A stretch of 62,187 bases of DNA, counting the filler, from Vannella sp. (lineage: Eukaryota): NCBI GenBank assembly GCA_023345925.1. It is 8 parts of 8 records of this genome, joined end to end, with 100 filler letters (N's around TTAATTAATTAA, not from the genome) between each part and the next. Parts side by side here need not be neighbours in the genome. Positions count along the whole stretch, not along the records: positions 47,013 to 62,187 come from JAJQQN010000096.1; 7 more parts are not named here. The stretch is one strand, 5' to 3'. A program made the translations under genes and the position numbers. The notes under the pieces were generated by a model. The model was given only the letters and a program-made list of their open reading frames with translations, searched no databases and was not told the DNA's origin. Numbering within the stretch: the first letter of the stretch is position 1; every line of letters starts with the position of its first letter. Shown piece after piece: positions 55,212 to 62,187 of this stretch.

Positions 55212-58185
55212 TCAAACTTTTCCTTCGACGAAGCGGAACAGGGCATTCGAGTCCTTGAAGAGTTTGGATGAAGATGTGGACACAATGAAGCCGTGCTCGA
55301 CCAGCATGTTGCCATAGTCGACGGCCTGCTGCCTGTCTGGAAAGGAGAAATAGTTTTGGAGCCAAGTCACTCCTTCACTTCCTCCAAACGCTTCCCGATT
55401 GAAGAGAATGCGAGAGCGTTTGCTTGATTGGAACACTTCCGCTCGCATCTTCTTTGCCACTTGCTCTACTTCCAAGAGGGAGAAGACGAGTTTGTCTTTG
55501 GAGCGAGAAGGACTGCTTTGAGGGAGCCTGCTTTCAGTGGCAACGGAGATGGTCTTGATGATACGGTGGTCAAGGAGCTCCATGATGACTGCGGCGTGCT
55601 CTTCAGAAGAGCATCGCGGGAACGACATCTTGAAGGGGCGAGCTTCTTGAGTCACACTGGCTGGTTCCAGCTCTCGGGAGCGGCGGAATTGCTCATTGAG
55701 CCATTTGGAATCATCTCTGTACTCTGGAAGGTGCTGGAAGATCTGTTGGTACGCAATATTGACCTGAATATCGTAAGGAATGGCTTGGGACTTGAGCATG
55801 GACTCAATGGTGGTCCAAATCTTGGAGATTTTGAAGAAGTTGATCTTTCCCCCTTCTAAGAAGGTTTCATTGCCGTCTTCCAAGAATGTTAGGTCAGAAA
55901 GGAACATGCCAACGTAAGGGATTCCCGCTGTCTGGCTGTTATTCCAAATGTATCTTAAAACGCGCATCTTCCCTTCCATCAGGAGGTCCAGGGTTTGAAG
56001 GACTCGCGAGTATTCCTCTCCCACAGCTTCCCATGTTGCACTCAAACGCTCCACCGCGCAGTTCTGCATGGCAGCCAAAATTTCAACGACTCCATTCAGG
56101 TTGTTGAGCCGTAAAAGGTGAAGAGCCGTCACTATAAGTCCTTTGATGAGATTTGCGCGCTCTTCAATAGTTTCCAGAGCGAGCACAGAGCGGACAATCC
56201 AACTTGAAAGTTGATTAAAGTGTGAGATGACTCGGCATAACTGGACCGCCATGTGCCTCTTGGCAGGTTTGTTCCAGGCCTGGTGGAGCAACTCGGACTC
56301 TTTAATCTTATCCCAAAGCCCGTGAAACTCAAAGTAGGTCAATTGGTGGGCCAGAATGAAAGGGTCTAAATGCTGGAGAATAGTGTCTGGCTGAAGATTC
56401 TCGGCATGAGGTGTTAAAAAGGGAACTAATTCGTCCCAGGAGAGGACTTCTGCTGTTGGGCTGATGGATGGTTCTGGAATTGAGTTTGTCTCGCCCTCAA
56501 TGCGACGGTCTAGAAGTTCAAGAACCTGCAAAGCTCTATCGGAGTTGCCAGTAGGAGCAACTGTTTCTTCCATAAACTGCCGCACTCGTTGGCAACGCTC
56601 TGGGTGGTCAACAAAATCTCTCTGGCTGAAATACTCGACCCAAGAGCGAATAAAGCGAATGACTGAGAGGCGAACCGGTATCTGAATAGTCTTTCTTACT
56701 TCCTCCATCTGATTGCCTTCCTGGGACAATCCCATGCTGACACGTCTCAAATCACAAAAACCTGCGGAACTAGCGGGTGTGATGCAGTAACGAATGATGA
56801 GAAGGTCCAGAACCTCCTCTGGAGTGGTAAAGTAGGTCATACAGGTCAAGAAGATGTCCTTAACACGTTGGATTTGCCGAGGGGGAAGATGATTGGGAAC
56901 CAATGTCAAGTCAATAAGGTCCTTGAGTGTGATAGCGCTAATCTCATTGTCTCCCGGCTCCTTCCACTGTACATCAGTAAGATCTACGACCATTGAAGCG
57001 GTTGGGCATTCAACCACACTATCTATTGTCATCGAGATAGAGGAAGACGCCCTTCTGAGTGGGCTAAGACTGTCACTGATGTCTTCATTGGGGAATGCGA
57101 CACCAGAGTGAGTCAAATGACTGGAGAAGCTCCCCATAAGACTCTTTGACTCGCCAAGATCATCAGAAACAGACTGAAGGGACTGCAGGGAGGCTGCAGC
57201 ATAGCTAGTCTCCCTTTCGAGTGTCTTATGGAGCTGTTTGAGGTTCTCCAGGACCTTCTCAGTACTCTGTAACGAAGACAACTCTTGAGACCACTTAGAA
57301 ACCCCCTCAAGAGGGTACAAGGAGCGCATAGAATCGAGGATCTTGCGAAAGTGAATGACCATCTCTCTGAACTCGCCGTTGGCGAGATTCTCAGGCGGTC
57401 TCTCCGTTTCCAAGCTGCTTCCTGACCGGGAACCTCCCAAAGCAAAGGAAGGACCTCGTATCTCCTTCCTCCTATCCGGGGAAATCCATGAAACTGCGCC
57501 CCGTCCTGGGGAATTGAGGGATTCCGATGTGTCAGGTTCAGGAGTAGAGGCAGGCTCGGCAATAGAGACTGGTTGAGAAGGAGAAGGATGGTGAGAGGAC
57601 ATGCTCTCAAAGGAGAACCATTCCCCTTCGCGAGGGATCCCTCGAGCCCTCAGCTGCCGTTGAGTCCAGTTATAGACAGGAAGGACCAAACCGCTCTCTC
57701 TTAGAACATCCTCTAGCCAGGCAATGACATGCTCAGCAGAATCGCTCAGTTCGTCGAGTTCCTGGATCAAGTTGGCGGCGTTGAACTGAGTGTAGAGCGT
57801 GTCTAAGTGAGCTTGGCGCACTTCCCAGAGCCTTTGAGTCTCCACCCATAGCTTCTGTTCTTCCTCTCTCTGTTTGGAAGGCTCCTGTGGAGTCTCGACG
57901 ACGGACTTGCGCCTCAAGTTCTGCCCAGAAGGATGAGTTGGTTTCCTGTCGAGATGAAGGCACGTTGTCTCACCCCAATCATCTCACGGATGTTCAAGTA
58001 GCCCAGAAAGAGGTTCTCAATGTCTGAAGCAGTGGACTGCAAGCGGTCATCATCTAAAGAGGATGAGAACTGAAAAGCCGTCCTATCCCACTCTTCCTCG
58101 AAGAGAGAAGCCACTCACCCAAGCTCTCCTCCCGCGCTCCATTGGGAACTGAAAAGGTTGGAAACCTCCGCGGCCTGGGGCTCAT
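55212..58185 (-). CDS. RasGEF (REM + CDC25) with C-terminal DEP domain
   Basis: REM (FLTCMTYFTTPEEVLDLLIIRY); CDC25 (LAHQLT, FNQLSSW, LNNLNG, IPYVGMFLSDLTFLEDGN, INFFK); DEP (FGGSEGVTWL...RQQAVDYGNMLVEHGFI...FKDSNALFRF). Two 5' introns extend the start to 58185. Confidence 0.9.
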
Positions 58186-58330
58186 GGACCCGACGAAGGA
58201 CATCCGAGGACCGTTACAAAGATAATGGGATGAAAATCACCTTTTGCGATGAGAATAATAATTAATTGGCCAAGAAAGGATGGCAGGAAATTTAATCAGC
58301 TTTTAGGTTACAATCGTCGAAGTCGGGATA

Positions 58331-61300
58331 TTATGGTACAGGAAGGGCTTCAGCTTCTTTGGGGCTTTCGGTGCCTGTTGGTGCCTCCTCGGCGGGGTTG
58401 GGGATGACGATGGAGTCCACTTCCATGGCGTTTGTGAGGGTTTGAGTGGAGCCCTCTGATTCCACAATGGTCATGGGGGAGGGAGGATGGGGCAAGGGCG
58501 TGGAGATGGGAGAAGAATCCAATGTTTCAGCAGAGGAGAGCGCCGAGCGAATGGGAGACGGTGCAGCAGGAAGCTCTCCTTCTTGACCCACCAGGATAGA
58601 TGGTGTCGGTAATTGCAGTGGGCGAAGGGGTTTGTTAAAGGGGGCAAAGGCTGCTGCATGTCCCACACCTGATGAGGAGTGGCGCAGGTTTTGGCTTTGA
58701 GTGAGCGAGTCGCTGATACTCCAACTGACAGAGCTCTTGGTTTCGCTCTCCAACGGAGAACTGATAAAGTCAAAGCTATGCCTGATGCTGAAGGCTCGCG
58801 CTGTGGAAGGATCGAATGAAGTCGTCCGAAAAGGCGCAAAGCCACGCGGAGTCTCGCCATCAGACCGCAGAGAGGAAGGAACAGAACCTGAACTGCTCCT
58901 CAGAAGGGAGCCATTGTGAGCGGTGCTGGTTTTAGTTGGTTCCACGATCCAGTTCTGCGCCACCAACCCGGCTTCTGGAGCTGTTGGGATGTTCACAATC
59001 AGGCTGGGAAAGGAGTTGCCGTTGGCGTGATGACTGCGATTGATCACCAATGGCTCCAGTTGAGGGAGATGCAGCGTCCTGGGAGTGAACGTTGGATGCT
59101 CTTGAAAGATCGTGGTGGATTGTTCAAGAGCGGGTTTCGTGCTCAGAGGCTTCGGATTGCTTTTGCCCCTCTTTGTTGGGGCCGCTGCTGCAACAGAAGA
59201 GCCTTCAGGAAGCAGTGCTTCGAAGTCCATTGACGTAAGGAAGTTGTAGTAGAAGCTTCTGCATTGCCAATGGTTCTTGGTCCCAATGGACTCTGCAATG
59301 GCCTTAAAATCGGTTCCGCTCACTGAAAGAGCTGCTCGGAACTGTGCGATTTCCAACTCTGCCCACGGAGCGGGTAAGTTCGCGCTGAAGCAAAGCTGAT
59401 CTACCCCAGCTGTCATGATTGTGAGCGCTCTCTTGGTGGAGGGAGCCGCTGGTTTCTTAGGGGGTGACTTGGCGCGTGCGACGACCTTCGTTTTTTGCAC
59501 TGCAGGCTTTCCAACGACAACGGGCCCTTTGGGAGGAGCTGGAGTAACCTTCTTCGGGTCTGGTACGGGGACCTGCACTTGCGAGCGTGTGACACGCTCA
59601 CCAGGGCGATCTTGGCTTAGGGCCCAGAATGCGGACGTGGTGTCAGTGTGGAGATCTGCCAACTCTTTAGGCACAGAGGATGGTGGTTGCACAGCAGGTG
59701 TAGGTTTGCGGGGAGTAGAACGGATACGTTGGGGTCTCCGCTTATTGAGTGTGTCATCTAATAGCTCCTTGAGATTGAGTCGATGCTTATTCTTGTAATA
59801 GTAACGAATCACTTCTTCAGTTGATTTGTTAGGCAGGGACAAAGCGATCTTGCTGAACTGCTTGGGATAGACAAGATATCTTTTCAGAAAGATGGCCCGT
59901 TCGTTGGGAGTCCACGGGTTTGTTAACAAGAACGCCCGATACTCTGTTTCGCAATCCTCCACGTATCGATTGCTATCAATGAATGTTCGCTGATGGTCGA
60001 TGATTTGATCAGGCACGATGGCTGATGTCTTTAAATAGCGTAGATTGGGGTCATATCTCGCAGTATCGTTCAATTGCTGCATTATTTGGTTGAAGTCAGC
60101 CTCACTACGAGCAGCACCGGAACGAGAGGTTCGATTCCGACTGACCCGCGCCGACTGAATAGAGGCGGTCTCTTCGGATGCTTCTGTGGGCAAAGCATTG
60201 TTGAGTGATGCTACAGACTCAGGAGGAATAACACCTCCAGTACGGAGGGTTCTCTCCCACGTCCATTGTTTCTCTTCATATTCTTCTACAAGAGACTTTG
60301 TCTTTGTTTTGGTATTGTGGAGGGTTAACCTCATGAACTGGATCATCCCAGGTCGCCTGAGCCGATGTAAAGCCTCATTATCAGGAACAAAAATGTGACC
60401 AGCTCTCCGCTTGCCAGCAGGAGCTGTCCTTTGGAAGCTCATTAAGATCCTAGAGTTCTCTGAAGCTATCTCTTGATTGCTAGCCAAAATCTGGTCTGCA
60501 AGGGACATGTCAGATCGATTGGCGGTCTTGTCTAGAGCTTGGATTCGCCTTAGCCGCTGAATCTCCTCCTCAACTTGGGAGATTTCGGAGTCAAGGGTGT
60601 CCATACGAGAGATAATGTCTCCTTTAGACATTACTGGGCTGTCTTTGTCCGAATCTGAGTCATCAGGGGCTTGCCTTGGAGACTGGGGAGGTGAAACTTC
60701 GTTTGGATCTGTTAGGCATGAGTGAGTGGCGGGATAGCTGCAGCTGATTGCCAACTTACCAGCGCGGTGGCTTTCCATACTTGAGCCGAGGGCAAAGTCT
60801 TGGAAGAGGGGATGACCGGGACTCACAGGGGTCGGGATGAAGCGCCCATTGCTGTGGCTTGTAGGGTAAGGTAACCTCGTGTCTACATCTCTTTGAGAGA
60901 AGCGAGGGGGGCTGGGCTCACGTCCTCTCTTCCTTCCAACGAATCGGTCTTCCTGGAGGCCCCAAAGTCGGCGTTCTCGCCCAAACATGTCGCCTCGATC
61001 CACAAGATCATCCAGCTTCGTCTCTGGCGGGATGGAGCCCAAGGGTTCAGCACGCCGGGTAAAATCACGGCGGGCAGCATCACGGGGCCAGTGTTGTTCC
61101 TCTAAGGGGTACCTTGTTCGATCAAGCTGTTCAGGGGTCTTGCGTTAGCCTTATCGCACCACTCAATCAGGTCAGAGGTCTTACATCAGGGACCTCTCGA
61201 GCTGGGTGAAATGGACGTGGAGGAAGAGGTCGTCCTGGAGCTGCTTGTTAATACTAACGATTAAAACGATATGTAGACGCGTCTTACCAGGTGGTAGCTC

Positions 61301-61588
61301 GAAGGACGGGGGGTAACTTGGTCGGCGGTTAAAATCACTCACGACCTCTACCTCCCCAGCTTCTAGTTTCCTCCTCTTAGGAGAGTGATGAGGTTGGTAA
61401 AAGGGGTCAGTCCTCCGCAGAAATCGGTCCCTCCCTGGCTCATCGCGGTCCCTAAGAAGCAAGGGCGATGTTAGCTCGCTTCATGGAAGGCCGCAAGACG
61501 CTAAGCGCAATGCGAAAGGATGCACAAACCTTCCATACTCATTCCGTCTGCCCCTAGACCAGTCGTTGGGATGCTTGCCGTCGTACAT
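58331..61588 (-). CDS. NCoR/Snt1-like co-repressor with coiled coil and two SANT domains
   Basis: SKGDIISRMDTLDSEISQVEEEI coiled coil; SANT1 NPWTPNERAIFLKRYLVYPKQFSKIA...YYYKNK; SANT2 WAELEIAQF...GTKNHWQCRSFYYN. The 5' exons and start are approximate. Confidence 0.85.
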
Positions 61589-62187
61589 AAACGTTTGCTA
61601 TGAGTTGTAGCTTCTGGTTCTCGCAACCGCAGACCTTTCAAAGGTCTTATGGCTGATCCGTTGACCCAATGCAGGTGAGCTTGGGTGATAACAGCAATCT
61701 GGACGAGGCAACCAGCAGTGACGGCGCTGAGCGACGAGTCCGAATGAGCGGGAGCCAGCGCCCTCTCCTCGATTCTTCCGAAAATTTTGGTCCAACTTCA
61801 TCAAGCCAAAAGGAATGTGGACCCCCTGATCCAGACCAATGTGGCGAGGGATCCTCCTTTTCATAAGGTGCCTTGAGAGAATTCACGGATTGCCCCAGTA
61901 AACCACGTCCGCTGCCAAGCCACGATTGAAAAGTGTAAAATCGATGCGGACCTTTACCAATGAACTTTTGATGTGTTTTGGTCGAGGCACTTTTTCGGTT
62001 CATTTGACTCAAGCGAAGGAAAAGTGACCCTCTTAAAAACATATAAAACCGTCATTCGCATTGATACCAGTCCAATTTAGAAGCACTTTTCAATGGAGGC
62101 CAGCGGACGTGGTTTCAAGTCAATCTGGCTGGAAATAACAGGCATTGATTTCCATGCCCAGCAGATTGGTTGAATCAAGAAAAGGCG

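Noticed and set aside
61598..62187. ORFs upstream of the NCoR-like gene
   Set aside because: No recognisable domain; likely UTR or promoter sequence at the window edge.

Overview
The window is eukaryotic, not prokaryotic. It consists of eight unrelated contigs joined by artificial 100-nt spacers (44 N + TTAATTAATTAA + 44 N), so gene order across a spacer means nothing. The genome is a very compact protist nuclear genome: 40-56 nt GT-AG introns with CTRAC/CTCAC branch sites close to the acceptor, and intergenic gaps often only 15-140 bp. About 30 protein genes can be reconstructed, several invisible or fragmented in the ORF track because of introns (SERF, zeta-COP, LSM4, RPS23, VPS37). There is also one tRNA-Arg(UCU), a hAT-like MITE, a decayed hAT/CGGBP1-type transposase and a truncated Der/EngA fragment. 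A POP-type organellar DNA polymerase points to a non-opisthokont; GATA factors ending in 'IxxxLN', a RasGEF-DEP and RGS proteins are compatible with Amoebozoa (inference). Best leads: (1) a stand-alone DUF3883-like nuclease gene 67 bp head-to-head with an RGG-tailed ABC-class (MRB1590-like) ATPase; (2) an intronless 3.2k-aa HERC1-like ligase in an apparently non-animal genome; (3) same-strand gene pairs only 15-80 bp apart, candidates for bicistronic or overlapping transcription; (4) DDX6 and LSM4 as a divergent pair; (5) unusual signalling architectures. All calls come from motif recognition by eye; no searches were run.
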